Source: an uncultured Alphaproteobacteria bacterium
GTDB taxonomy: Bacteria > Pseudomonadota > Alphaproteobacteria > Rhodobacterales > Rhodobacteraceae
Reading direction: 5' to 3'
Length of the DNA stretch: 64,000 nucleotides
Assembly: GCA_902537415.1 (NCBI GenBank)
Contig: CACBBC010000005.1
Location: forward strand, 14,842 to 78,841
Under the pieces are notes generated by a model. That model had not been told where the DNA came from. It did not search any database and saw only the letters and a program-made list of their open reading frames with translations. The position numbers were made by a program, and so were the translations under genes. This document shows, one piece after another, positions 41,532 through 49,904 of the stretch. Position 1 is the first letter of the stretch. Each line of letters begins with the position of its first letter.

Positions 41532-42011
41532 TTATGCTTCCCTTCTTTCGCATCTACTTACTCTCTTACCCATCTCTGCTATTTCATCTTCAGTGCTACC
41601 GGAGAAATTTAGAGAGTGTACCAAAAGACTGTTTTTCTCAGTTTCAACCGTTATAGTCCCTGGAGTGAGTGTAATAGAATTTGCAAATATTACCTGAGCC
41701 GCTTCACTTTTGGGAGATAGAGGTACATCAAACATATTTTGTTTAATCTTTATTTGTGGACTTAATATTGTCTTAGTCACCGCGATATTGGATTTCAATA
41801 TTTCTTTGAGGAGCCAAAAACAATAAGTCACAAAGCTGAATAAATTCATTTGGAACTTAATAGGAGTTTCATCAATTACTCGCATACGTCGAAGTATATA
41901 TAAGACTATCAGAACTGATATAACACCAAAAGATAGCAACAGAAAATCAAAATGTCCTGAAAAGGAAATCCAAATCAGACCGTATAATATTGCTAGCACA
42001 AAGATTTTCAA
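41532..42011 (-). CDS. mnhE: Mrp/Mnh subunit E
   Basis: 159 aa with the MnhE signature ANSITLTPGT. It is the first gene of the minus-strand operon. Confidence 0.8.
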   Translation of the reverse strand: MKIFVLAILYGLIWISFSGHFDFLLLSFGVISVLIVLYILRRMRVIDETPIKFQMNLFSFVTYCFWLLKEILKSNIAVTKTILSPQIKIKQNMFDVPLSPKSEAAQVIFANSITLTPGTITVETEKNSLLVHSLNFSGSTEDEIAEMGKRVSRCERREA

Positions 42012-42102
42012 AATAATTTTAACCTATTCAAGAATAAAGAAATGCCGTAAATATATAATTAATTTATTAATAATAATAAGTAAATTAAAACAAGAGATTT
42101 AT

Positions 42103-42948
42103 ATGAATAACACTGAACTTACTGATCATACAATTGAACTAAATGGTCTCAAAATCTCAAATAAGAACCAATTGACGCTTATTTCTGGTCCATGCCAGCT
42201 TGAAAGCCTTGAGCATGCTATGATGATCGCCGAAAAATTAATAGAAATCTGTGATCGTAATGCTATCAAATTTGTCTTTAAATCGTCATTTGATAAGGCC
42301 AATCGAACTTCACATTTATCAAAGCGTGGCCTTGGAATTGAAGAAGGTCTTAAAATCTTCCAAAAATTGAAGAGCAGTCTACACATATCCACATTGACGG
42401 ATGTGCACACACCAGAACAATGCGAGCTTGTAGCAAAAGAAGTCGATATTCTGCAAATACCTGCTTTTCTATGCCGACAGACGGATTTAATCATTGCAGC
42501 TAGTAAAACGAATAAACCCGTCAATATAAAGAAGGGGCAATTTCTATCCCCCGCTGAGATGCAGCAGGTGGCCGGAAAGTTTATATCTACAGGTAACAAA
42601 AATTTACTCCTTTGTGAACGAGGCACTACTTTTGGCTACAATGATTTGGTTTGCGACATGCGTTCCATAGAAATTCTTAGACAAAGTGGGTTCCCAACCG
42701 TTTTAGATATTACTCATTCTATTCAACAACCAGGAGGAAAAGGCTCAGAGAGTGGAGGCTCAAGAGAGTTCATTGAAACTTTAGCAAAAGCTGGCACAGC
42801 AGTTGGTATCGCTGGTGTGTTCATTGAGACCCACGAGAAGCCTGAGACAGCGCCGTCAGATGGTGCTTCTATGCTTCCTCTTGACCAGTTATCAGGGCTA
42901 TTAAGTAAAATTAAAGCAATTGATGATGTCGTAAAATCTTTTGACTGA
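42103..42948 (+). CDS. kdsA: 3-deoxy-8-phosphooctulonate (KDO-8-P) synthase
   Basis: 281 aa with KdsA motifs LISGPCQLES, FKSSFDKANR and DITHSIQQPGG. Confidence 0.9.
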   Translation: MNNTELTDHTIELNGLKISNKNQLTLISGPCQLESLEHAMMIAEKLIEICDRNAIKFVFKSSFDKANRTSHLSKRGLGIEEGLKIFQKLKSSLHISTLTDVHTPEQCELVAKEVDILQIPAFLCRQTDLIIAASKTNKPVNIKKGQFLSPAEMQQVAGKFISTGNKNLLLCERGTTFGYNDLVCDMRSIEILRQSGFPTVLDITHSIQQPGGKGSESGGSREFIETLAKAGTAVGIAGVFIETHEKPETAPSDGASMLPLDQLSGLLSKIKAIDDVVKSFD

Positions 42949-43001
42949 GCTACTATTAATTTTCTTGAATCCTATGCTCTAAGATATTACAACAATACTG
43001 T

Positions 43002-43076
43002 TGGGGTGTAGCCAAGTGGTAAGGCAGCGGGTTTTGATCCCGTGTACCGTAGGTTCGAATCCTACCACCCCAGCCA
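43002..43076 (+). tRNA. tRNA-Gln (anticodon UUG)
   Basis: TGGGGTGTAGCCAAGTGGTAAGGCAGCGGGTTTTGATCCCGTGTACCGTAGGTTCGAATCCTACCACCCCAGCCA. The cloverleaf folds by hand (U1-A72, discriminator G73, anticodon loop UUUUGAU). CCA is encoded. Confidence 0.9.
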
Positions 43077-43300
43077 CTCCTAACATTAGCTGAAGTGCTA
43101 TGTTTTCTTTGATATTGCTGATTAACTACTTACCCAATCAAAATCTATAGTCTATAGAATAATCTGTTTTTGATAACACTTTGACAACATTTACTTTCAG
43201 TGGGCGATTTTGACTTCCAATTTAGAAAATGTAAGCTTCAAGTTATGGATGGTTTCATTTAATATCTCGTATAAGAAGCTAATATCTAACTAGGATCCAT

Positions 43301-43645
43301 TTGATGATTAAAAATTTTATGGCTATTCATGACGTTCACAATGATGAAGCTGCAAAAGCATATAAATCGTATTTTAGGGAAACGTATGCAGATGTAGTAA
43401 CCCACGGAGAATGGGCTAAAACTACTGTTGGCGAATTTGCTACTGTAATTCAAGTATGGCAAGGTACTAAAAGCAACTTTTATTGCACTCATTTCCAAGC
43501 CGTTAGCGAGGAACATGTTTATAAACAGCTAGATGCTTGGGGTATGGATCGCTTTTTTAATTCAATGGTGATGGAGACAGAACGTTTCACTTCGGCTCTA
43601 CTTCCTGAAAATGAAGAGATCGATAAAACCTACTTTAAATCGTAA
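43301..43645 (+). CDS. hypothetical protein (114 aa), first ORF after tRNA-Gln
   Basis: This is an open frame only. There is a vague resemblance to small alpha/beta DUF4242-type proteins (FMAIHDVH...) that I cannot confirm. A 76-aa antisense ORF overlaps it. Confidence 0.4.
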   Translation: MMIKNFMAIHDVHNDEAAKAYKSYFRETYADVVTHGEWAKTTVGEFATVIQVWQGTKSNFYCTHFQAVSEEHVYKQLDAWGMDRFFNSMVMETERFTSALLPENEEIDKTYFKS

Positions 43646-43842
43646 CCCAATTCTTGCAAATGCCACTCCATAGATTTTTGACAACGCTTTCAACGCTATG
43701 GTTAAAAAATCATTGAACATTTTTACCACTTAAAACTCCAGCCATTTTCTTTAAGAAGATAAGTTTGCTGTTTCCTTAGAATGTTCTTCAGATTTTGAAA
43801 GCTATGAAATGTTTTTGAATAAGGATCACATTCTCTTTAAAA

Positions 43843-44784
43843 TCAATTAAATTTTATTACAAGTCGACCTCTGACCCCGCCACTTTCAAATCGTTTATGT
43901 GCTTCCGACACTTGAAACGGACTAAATGTATCGGCCAACCTCAATGAAAGTTTATTTGCGTTTACAAGCTTCCTTAAATCATCCAATTTTTCATACATGC
44001 AATCTTGAGTTCTTACCCATGTTTGCGTAAAATTTATATCACGCTCACCTGTCCCTTGATAACCTCTTACTGCGGTAAAAGAGCCTCCATTTTTGACTGC
44101 TGCAACTGCTTTTTCATTTAATAAAGCGCCGTCTGCTAAGCCGTCTACTCCCTCGGGAAACCGGTCCAATATGTGTTTAATAAATTCTTCTCCTCTTGGA
44201 AGCGATAGATCTGCACCAAGTGATTTAATTAAATTTTGATCTTTTTCTGACGTATCTGCTATCACATATAGACCTAAAGTTTTTGCAATTTGGATTATGT
44301 AACCTCCGTAGGCTCCTGCAGAGCCAGTAACTGCTAACTTATCGCCTGGGTTCAAGTTCAAAAGTTCTAGAGAAAGCTTTGCCGTTAAGCCATTCATTGG
44401 TAAAGTACACGCTTCTTCAAAACTGACCCCTTCGGGAATTGGAACCACTGCTCCTGATTTTAGAGCAATTTGTTCGCGGTATGCCCCGTGTTGACCATTT
44501 GGTACGACCATTGCCATGACCGCGTCGCCTTTTTTGAGATGAGTTTTGACGTTTTCTCCAATCTCCATTACTTTCCCAGAAACATCCATTCCCGGAACAT
44601 ATGGAGGATCATAAGGTTTTTGTCTCTCAGCTATACCTCCATTACGAGCTAAAATATCTGTAGGATTTATAGCTGCGCAAAACACCTGTAGCAGTATCTC
44701 ATCTGCTTCAGCTTTTACCTCAGGCACTTCAATAAGCTCTAGCACTTCAGGTCCGCCGTGCCTCATTAAACCAATCGCACGCAT
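43843..44784 (-). CDS. NADPH:quinone oxidoreductase / zinc-independent MDR-family oxidoreductase
   Basis: 313 aa with an MDR N-terminus (EVLELIEVPEVKAEADEILLQVFCAAINPTD) and a cofactor loop (VTGSAGAYGG). Confidence 0.8.
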   Translation of the reverse strand: MRAIGLMRHGGPEVLELIEVPEVKAEADEILLQVFCAAINPTDILARNGGIAERQKPYDPPYVPGMDVSGKVMEIGENVKTHLKKGDAVMAMVVPNGQHGAYREQIALKSGAVVPIPEGVSFEEACTLPMNGLTAKLSLELLNLNPGDKLAVTGSAGAYGGYIIQIAKTLGLYVIADTSEKDQNLIKSLGADLSLPRGEEFIKHILDRFPEGVDGLADGALLNEKAVAAVKNGGSFTAVRGYQGTGERDINFTQTWVRTQDCMYEKLDDLRKLVNANKLSLRLADTFSPFQVSEAHKRFESGGVRGRLVIKFN

Positions 44785-44850
44785 CTGTACTCCTTTGGTT
44801 ATGATAGATAGTTGGTTAAGTTATGTTACACTATAAAAAAAGAATTTTAA

Positions 44851-45603
44851 ATGATGTTACCAGACGATCTTACACCTGAGCAATTTAGTAAAAAACCGGC
44901 AGTCCTGAAAGCTCTTAATAATCCTCGTTCTCCGAGCAGTGTTTTAAATTATATGTGTGGCTGCGATATTAATAATCCTATTGATAGAAAAAGCCTTTTT
45001 TACGATGAAACAGTGGAACTACTATTAGGCATATGGTTTAGAAGTGGAACTGCTTTAGACGATATTTGCAAACCATTTTCATCTGTTATTCGTGAACTGA
45101 AAGCTGATCCACAAACTTTGGTGGAGGATAAATGGTTCACAATTGAGGGCCAGGTTGCTAGAGTGCTCTTAGCAGATCAACTATCTCGCTCATGTTTTCG
45201 AGGGACGGCTGAAGCTTTTTCGTATGACTACATAGGACGCGAGCTCGTTCGAGACCTAGTTAGTAAAGAGAAAATCAAACAAACTTTAAAATTGCCTCCA
45301 GCACTACTGTATTTACTTCCCTGGGCTTTGGCCCATTCAGAAGAAATAATCGACCTTGTTCGCGCACGCGAAATAATTGACATGGCAATTGGTGCTTATC
45401 CTGACTTCAGTTTATTTGAAGAGAGAAATAAGAAAGCGGTAGATCAACATAGGCAGGTTTTAGAAAAATTTGGGCGTTACCCGCAAAGAAATTCAGAGTT
45501 AGGAAGAGCTAATACCCCTGACGAAGAAAAATGGCTCAATGATAAAGAGAATTTACCAATTTGGGCAGGTGGCAGTCTTTCTTTTGATCAAAAAATTAGA
45601 TAA
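44851..45603 (+). CDS. DUF924-family protein
   Basis: 250 aa with the DUF924 signature FGRYPQRNSELGRANTPDEEKWL. Confidence 0.7.
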   Translation: MMLPDDLTPEQFSKKPAVLKALNNPRSPSSVLNYMCGCDINNPIDRKSLFYDETVELLLGIWFRSGTALDDICKPFSSVIRELKADPQTLVEDKWFTIEGQVARVLLADQLSRSCFRGTAEAFSYDYIGRELVRDLVSKEKIKQTLKLPPALLYLLPWALAHSEEIIDLVRAREIIDMAIGAYPDFSLFEERNKKAVDQHRQVLEKFGRYPQRNSELGRANTPDEEKWLNDKENLPIWAGGSLSFDQKIR

Positions 45604-45655
45604 GACGAAATTTATAAATCTTAGCTATATCTTTATTTTTATTATTCTATAGATT

Positions 45656-47065
45656 GTGCGAATGCTTGAAACAAAATCTATTCCTAAAGAATTACAATCT
45701 TCAATAAAAGAAAAAGGGTATGACAAACTAACGACAGTTCAAAGCTTAGTGCTTGATCCTGGCAACAAAGATAAAGATCTCCTGGTGAGCTCCCAAACAG
45801 GCTCTGGCAAAACACTTGCTTATGGGTTGTCAATATCGGTTGCTGGACTTAAAGAAATTCTGGATACAGATAACAAACTTCAAACCCTAATCGTTACCCC
45901 CACGCGTGAATTAGCTTTACAGGTTTTTAATGAGTTAGCATGGCTGTATTCTAAGACTGAGATCAGAATCTCAACGGCGATCGGCGGGATGGATATAAAA
46001 AAAGAAAGGAAAAATATTTCTAAAGGAGTTGATCTTTTAATAGGAACACCAGGAAGGATTAATGACCATGTACGTCGAAAAACTTTCCACTTAAATTATC
46101 TAAGATCGCTTGTCCTAGATGAAGCTGATGAAATGCTTGATTTGGGCTTTAAACAAGACTTAGATATGATTGTAAATCAAAGTCCCGCAAATAAGAGGGT
46201 ACTTATGTTTTCAGCAACCATCCCAAAAAAAATAATGTCATTAGCATCAAAGTACCAAAAAAACGCTGTCAGAATTGAAGCTACTAGTCTTGGCAAAGCC
46301 CATACTGATATTTCTTATGAAACATATTTAGTAAAAAAACATGATATTGAAAACGCAATATTCAACTTTCTCCGATTTCATGATGATAAGACTATTATTA
46401 TTTTTTGCTCTACTCGGAATGCTGTAACGCATATCTCTTCAAGAATATTAAATAGAGGTTTTTCTGTTGTCTCCTTATCTGGCGCATTGAATCAATCGGA
46501 GAGGTTCAAGGCATTACAATCCATAAAAAATGGTAGGTGTAAAATATGTGTTGCGACAGACGTAGCTGCTAGAGGTATTGACCTGGTTAACTTGGATATA
46601 GTGATACATGCTGAGCTCCCTCATAATCCAGAAACCTTAATACACAGAAGCGGGCGAACTGGGAGAGCTGGGAATAAGGGTCGAAGTATTCTTTTTTGTT
46701 CACCTAGCGAGAAGAGAAAATATGAAAAATTGATCAATTCTGCAAAGGTAAGACCGGCTATCAATAAATTCCTTTCTCAGGAAGAAATAGAACTTAAAGA
46801 TAATGAAAAGATCATAAACTACCTTTCAAGAAGCCAAAAAAATAGTTCTAGTGAACTCAAGTTTGCTAATGAGCTATTAACTCGATTTTCTAATGAAGAT
46901 TTGGCCTTAGCGCTAATTGAAAATTTCAAAGGAAAACTACCTCCTATAGAGGAGGTGGAAAGTCTTGGCGAAGATCAAATTGTTCAAATGAAAAATGATC
47001 GAAAAAAAAAGAAAAGAAGCAAACAAAATTCCAGGCGTAACTTTAGAAAAAGACGGGAATATTGA
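45656..47065 (+). CDS. DEAD-box ATP-dependent RNA helicase
   Basis: Motifs present are I (SQTGSGKT), II (DEAD), III (SAT) and VI (HRSGRTGRAG), with a basic C-terminal tail. The start may be GTG 45656 or ATG 45662. Confidence 0.85.
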   Translation: MRMLETKSIPKELQSSIKEKGYDKLTTVQSLVLDPGNKDKDLLVSSQTGSGKTLAYGLSISVAGLKEILDTDNKLQTLIVTPTRELALQVFNELAWLYSKTEIRISTAIGGMDIKKERKNISKGVDLLIGTPGRINDHVRRKTFHLNYLRSLVLDEADEMLDLGFKQDLDMIVNQSPANKRVLMFSATIPKKIMSLASKYQKNAVRIEATSLGKAHTDISYETYLVKKHDIENAIFNFLRFHDDKTIIIFCSTRNAVTHISSRILNRGFSVVSLSGALNQSERFKALQSIKNGRCKICVATDVAARGIDLVNLDIVIHAELPHNPETLIHRSGRTGRAGNKGRSILFCSPSEKRKYEKLINSAKVRPAINKFLSQEEIELKDNEKIINYLSRSQKNSSSELKFANELLTRFSNEDLALALIENFKGKLPPIEEVESLGEDQIVQMKNDRKKKKRSKQNSRRNFRKRREY

Positions 47066-47172
47066 CAACACTTTTGACAACGGTTTTCGTGATTTTCCTG
47101 ATAACGCATAAGGAAAATGAGAAGCATAAGAACTATTTTAAAGAGTTATGAGAATCCTGATAACAAATTCCA
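47062..47172 (+). repeat. conserved ~105-nt arm-like element, copy 1 (TTGACAAC x2, CGTGATTTTCCTG, GATAACG, CCTGATAACAAA)
   Basis: Aligns by eye with 49588-49698 and 52147-52256. It directly abuts the tRNA-half copy. Its first TTGACAAC contains the helicase stop codon. Confidence 0.8.
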
Positions 47173-47221
47173 CGGGTTTCGATCCCGTGTACCGTAGGTT
47201 CCAATCATACCACCCCAGCCA
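47173..47221 (+). repeat. copy of the tRNA-Gln 3' half (attR-like), 49 nt
   Basis: CGGGTTTCGATCCCGTGTACCGTAGGTTCCAATCATACCACCCCAGCCA aligned to tRNA positions 43028-43076 shows 3 mismatches by my count. Confidence 0.85.
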
Positions 47222-47277
47222 TCTATTGCTAACATGACGGTAAGTGATCACTTTTCAAAGCAAAATCAAATAAAAAT

Positions 47278-47985
47278 TTAATTAGCCATTTTTATGAAAA
47301 TGTCCCCCATACCTCCCCTGACCTCTTTGAATGGTGTATTATTTCTAAGTGGACAGTAGCTTCCTGTTATGACTTCTCTATTTATCTTTTCAATATCCTT
47401 AGGTGAACAGATTTTGCTTTCGAATAGCACTCCAACCACTAGCCTTCCATTTATTTCAGTCACTCGTTTTTTATTTAGTGAAGTGCCAACACAAATGGAC
47501 TCTCTATCGACCTCTTCAGGAAAATCTGGTTTTTCACACGGGTTTTTTATTGTTAATACGTTGATTAATTCCCTCTTATCATCAAATGTTTTTTCAAGGG
47601 CCTGAACCTGAACAAATTTCATCACATCACAAGAGCAGGGCCAACAACATCTGTAAAGCGAGCCACAAATTAATTCTTCATCCTGGCCTCTGACAGAAAC
47701 AAATTCAGGTTGAGAACCGGGCCGTACAAGTGACCCAGAGACACTACAATACATCTTATTCTTCTCGAAAAACTCATCTCTAGAATTTGAATTATCTAAA
47801 ATATATTTAAAAAATAGAGCACCGCCAGCATTTCTGTTTTTGTTTGGAAATATTTTCCCCCAATCTGCTCGTAACTCTTCATAATAACGTATCAATTTTA
47901 AACTATCAGAACTTCGAGACTCTCCTAAGCTTATTGGGGGGATTATTAAGCACATTACAAAAAGTGTGAAAATATACCGAGTCAT
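47278..47985 (-). CDS. secreted cysteine-rich protein of unknown function
   Basis: The Met at 47985 gives a signal peptide (MTRYIFTLFVMCLIIPPISLG) and lies 1 nt after the stop of the upstream FG-GAP gene. The cluster CGSLYRCCWPCSCD plus further Cys residues is present. I recognise no family. Confidence 0.55.
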   Translation of the reverse strand: MTRYIFTLFVMCLIIPPISLGESRSSDSLKLIRYYEELRADWGKIFPNKNRNAGGALFFKYILDNSNSRDEFFEKNKMYCSVSGSLVRPGSQPEFVSVRGQDEELICGSLYRCCWPCSCDVMKFVQVQALEKTFDDKRELINVLTIKNPCEKPDFPEEVDRESICVGTSLNKKRVTEINGRLVVGVLFESKICSPKDIEKINREVITGSYCPLRNNTPFKEVRGGMGDIFIKMAN

Positions 47986-47986
47986 A

Positions 47987-49483
47987 TCAATTTGTTTTAC
48001 CTTGGTTGAAAACATATTGGTGGTTCAGCTTTTGAATTTTGTATTTTGATTTTTGACCGTCAGTCCAAGTTATCTGAATGTATTCAATCTCTTCATTTTT
48101 ACGGATTCCAAAATGGGCTACTGGTTCCATTTGGCATAAATACCCGGAGCCTGCATCTATAGTTTTAGCGTGGGTTCTGAAATTTGTCTTAAGTGTTACA
48201 GTAGCACCTCTTGCTGGCGCATCGTAAGAGTTTTTAGGTTCTATTCTTAAATATTGAAAATCGTCCTTAACATTAGCTGAAAAAAGGCTTAGTGGTTCAG
48301 GAGCACTTTCACCATGAGCAATAAGTAGCTCCAAAATTCCGTCACCATTTAAATCCGCTACTGCTCCACCAGTACCCAGACCGGTCCTTTCTAGAGCATT
48401 TGTCAATTCCAACTGTTCGAGTTTATTGTTATCTAGAATTCTAAATAATTTATTTGGTTGACCAATATTGTTCAAAAATATCTCATCAAACCCATCATTA
48501 TCGAAATCGGCGGATATAACGGTTCTTATTTTCGAAGGTTGTCTAAAATTTAAAGACGCTGTATCGACAAATGTGTTGTTTGCATGGGTGTATATTCTGT
48601 GAAAACCATTCCAATTTCCTGTAATAAGGTCTAAGCTTCCATTATATCCAATATCTGATAAGGCCGTTCCTCTCCCATTTTGGAGAGTGTCATCGATGCC
48701 GTACTCTAAAGCTTTGTCAGTGTATGTGCCATCCTTGTTTATCAGTAAAAAATTAGGTCCTCGTTCATTCGCAGCGAAAATATCGACTTTTCCTGATAGA
48801 ATATGCCCTGCTACAACAGCACGACCACCGGTCGTAGAATTTATTCCAAGTGAAGGTGCTATGTCTTGAATAATACCAGTTTTCAGTTCGTAAAATCTTG
48901 TTGGACCCCCATAGTTGGAGACATAAATTCCATAGTTACCGTTGCCATGTCTATCAACGCAAGCCACTGACCTACCCGCCGTAAGGTTCAAGTTTGCCTG
49001 ATTTTTTTTCAAACTGAAGATATCGTAATTCGTTTTATCCAAATCTATCAGACGATCTGAATATTTTTTCGTTCCACTATAAGTGTCGGTATTCAAGAAA
49101 TAAATTTCCTCGTATCCATCCTGATCCACATCACAAGCAACAACTCCAATCGAAGATCTTTTTTCATCAGCAAATAGTTCACTAGAATTAATATTTGTAT
49201 ATGAACCATTCTCATAGCTCAGTGCGAGATTAGGATATCGAAACCCTGCAACTATGAACTCCATTTTTCCATCATCGTTAAAATCGGTTACGGCCACGCC
49301 ATAAGACAATCTTGGTACGTTATTTTCTATTTTATCTGTAATGTTTTGAAAAAACTGAGCATTAGCTGAATGATTGTTTTCAGATACACCGAAATAGACA
49401 GCAAAAATGGCTGTAACAAACGTACTTTTTTTGACCAAGACAATATATGCGGCAACTTTCTTAAACAATTTTTTTAAATCCAT
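47987..49483 (-). CDS. FG-GAP/VCBS-repeat protein with C-terminal ASPIC/UnbV domain (CRTAC1 family)
   Basis: 498 aa with a signal/anchor sequence and repeated Ca-binding-like DxDxDG motifs (DFNDDGKMEF, DVDQDGYEEIY, DFDNDGFDEIF, DLNGDGILELL). The C-terminus is GSGYLCQMEPVAHFGI...ITWTDGQ. Confidence 0.8.
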   Translation of the reverse strand: MDLKKLFKKVAAYIVLVKKSTFVTAIFAVYFGVSENNHSANAQFFQNITDKIENNVPRLSYGVAVTDFNDDGKMEFIVAGFRYPNLALSYENGSYTNINSSELFADEKRSSIGVVACDVDQDGYEEIYFLNTDTYSGTKKYSDRLIDLDKTNYDIFSLKKNQANLNLTAGRSVACVDRHGNGNYGIYVSNYGGPTRFYELKTGIIQDIAPSLGINSTTGGRAVVAGHILSGKVDIFAANERGPNFLLINKDGTYTDKALEYGIDDTLQNGRGTALSDIGYNGSLDLITGNWNGFHRIYTHANNTFVDTASLNFRQPSKIRTVISADFDNDGFDEIFLNNIGQPNKLFRILDNNKLEQLELTNALERTGLGTGGAVADLNGDGILELLIAHGESAPEPLSLFSANVKDDFQYLRIEPKNSYDAPARGATVTLKTNFRTHAKTIDAGSGYLCQMEPVAHFGIRKNEEIEYIQITWTDGQKSKYKIQKLNHQYVFNQGKTN

Positions 49484-49587
49484 CTTATTTATTCATCATG
49501 ACACAGAGGAACTTTTTTAATCTTATTTCTGAGACGGTGGCTCAAAGCTCCACGGGTGCAAAGTACCAGATAGACTAAAAAGGAAAA

Positions 49588-49698
49588 TTGACAACAAATT
49601 TGACAACACTCTCCGTGATTTTCACGATAACGCAAAAAAACTATCAGAAGGATAAAAAATATTTTTAAGGGTTTTATAAAACCTGATAACAAAATATA
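49588..49698 (+). repeat. conserved ~105-nt arm-like element, copy 2 (TTGACAAC x2, palindrome CGTGATTTTCACG, GATAACG, CCTGATAACAAA)
   Basis: Collinear with copy 1, with 8 differences in the first 50 nt by my count. Confidence 0.75.
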
Positions 49699-49735
49699 CA
49701 GATTTTATGTCAAGTACCAATGTTGAGAAATTGAA
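49699..49735 (+). repeat. strongly decayed copy of the tRNA-Gln 3' half
   Basis: CAGATTTTATGTCAAGTACCAATGTTGAGAAATTG retains GATTTT..., the GTACC core and TTGAGAA. The call rests mainly on the conserved element to the left and the conserved GCTAAC...TCACTT flank to the right. Confidence 0.45.
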
Positions 49736-49904
49736 AAGCTAACCGTTAAATCACTTACATTTAATACACACCAATGAATAAATTATTTTGTTTACGTTAC
49801 GTAATCATTGCAAGAAATAAATTTTGCAAATACCTTAACTATGTTGTGTTAATAATACATTTCTTTGCTTTTTGCGTGCTAGATCAACTGCATGAATTCA
49901 TAAT

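Noticed and set aside
42126-42626. 166-aa minus-strand ORF opposite kdsA
   Set aside because: It is a shadow of the well-supported kdsA frame, with no motifs and an Arg/Ser/Cys-rich composition.
43286-43516. 76-aa minus-strand ORF overlapping the 114-aa + strand ORF
   Set aside because: It is shorter, Phe/Ser/Ile-rich, and antisense to the longer frame. Neither ORF is strongly supported, so only the longer one is listed, at low confidence.
43678-43744. Possible fourth, heavily deleted element plus tRNA-half remnant (TTGACAACGCTTTCAACGC ... TACCACTTAAAACTCCAGCCATTTT)
   Set aside because: Only the first ~20 nt and a CCAGCCA-like end resemble the other copies. The spacing is about 65 nt instead of about 155 nt. 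That is too little signal to call without a statistical alignment. I mention it because it would split module 1 in two.
47062-47110. Arm-like element read as a sigma-70 promoter (tandem TTGACA boxes)
   Set aside because: The best -10 candidates at 16-18 nt (CCTGAT / CACGAT / CACGGT) are poor. GATAAC sits about 20 nt away, which is too far. I keep this only as an alternative hypothesis in the finding.
49489-49692. 67-aa minus-strand ORF between the FG-GAP gene and otsB
   Set aside because: It lies across copy 2 of the conserved arm-like element. The equivalent sequence in copies 1 and 3 does not preserve an open frame, so conservation here is at the nucleotide-motif level, not the protein level.
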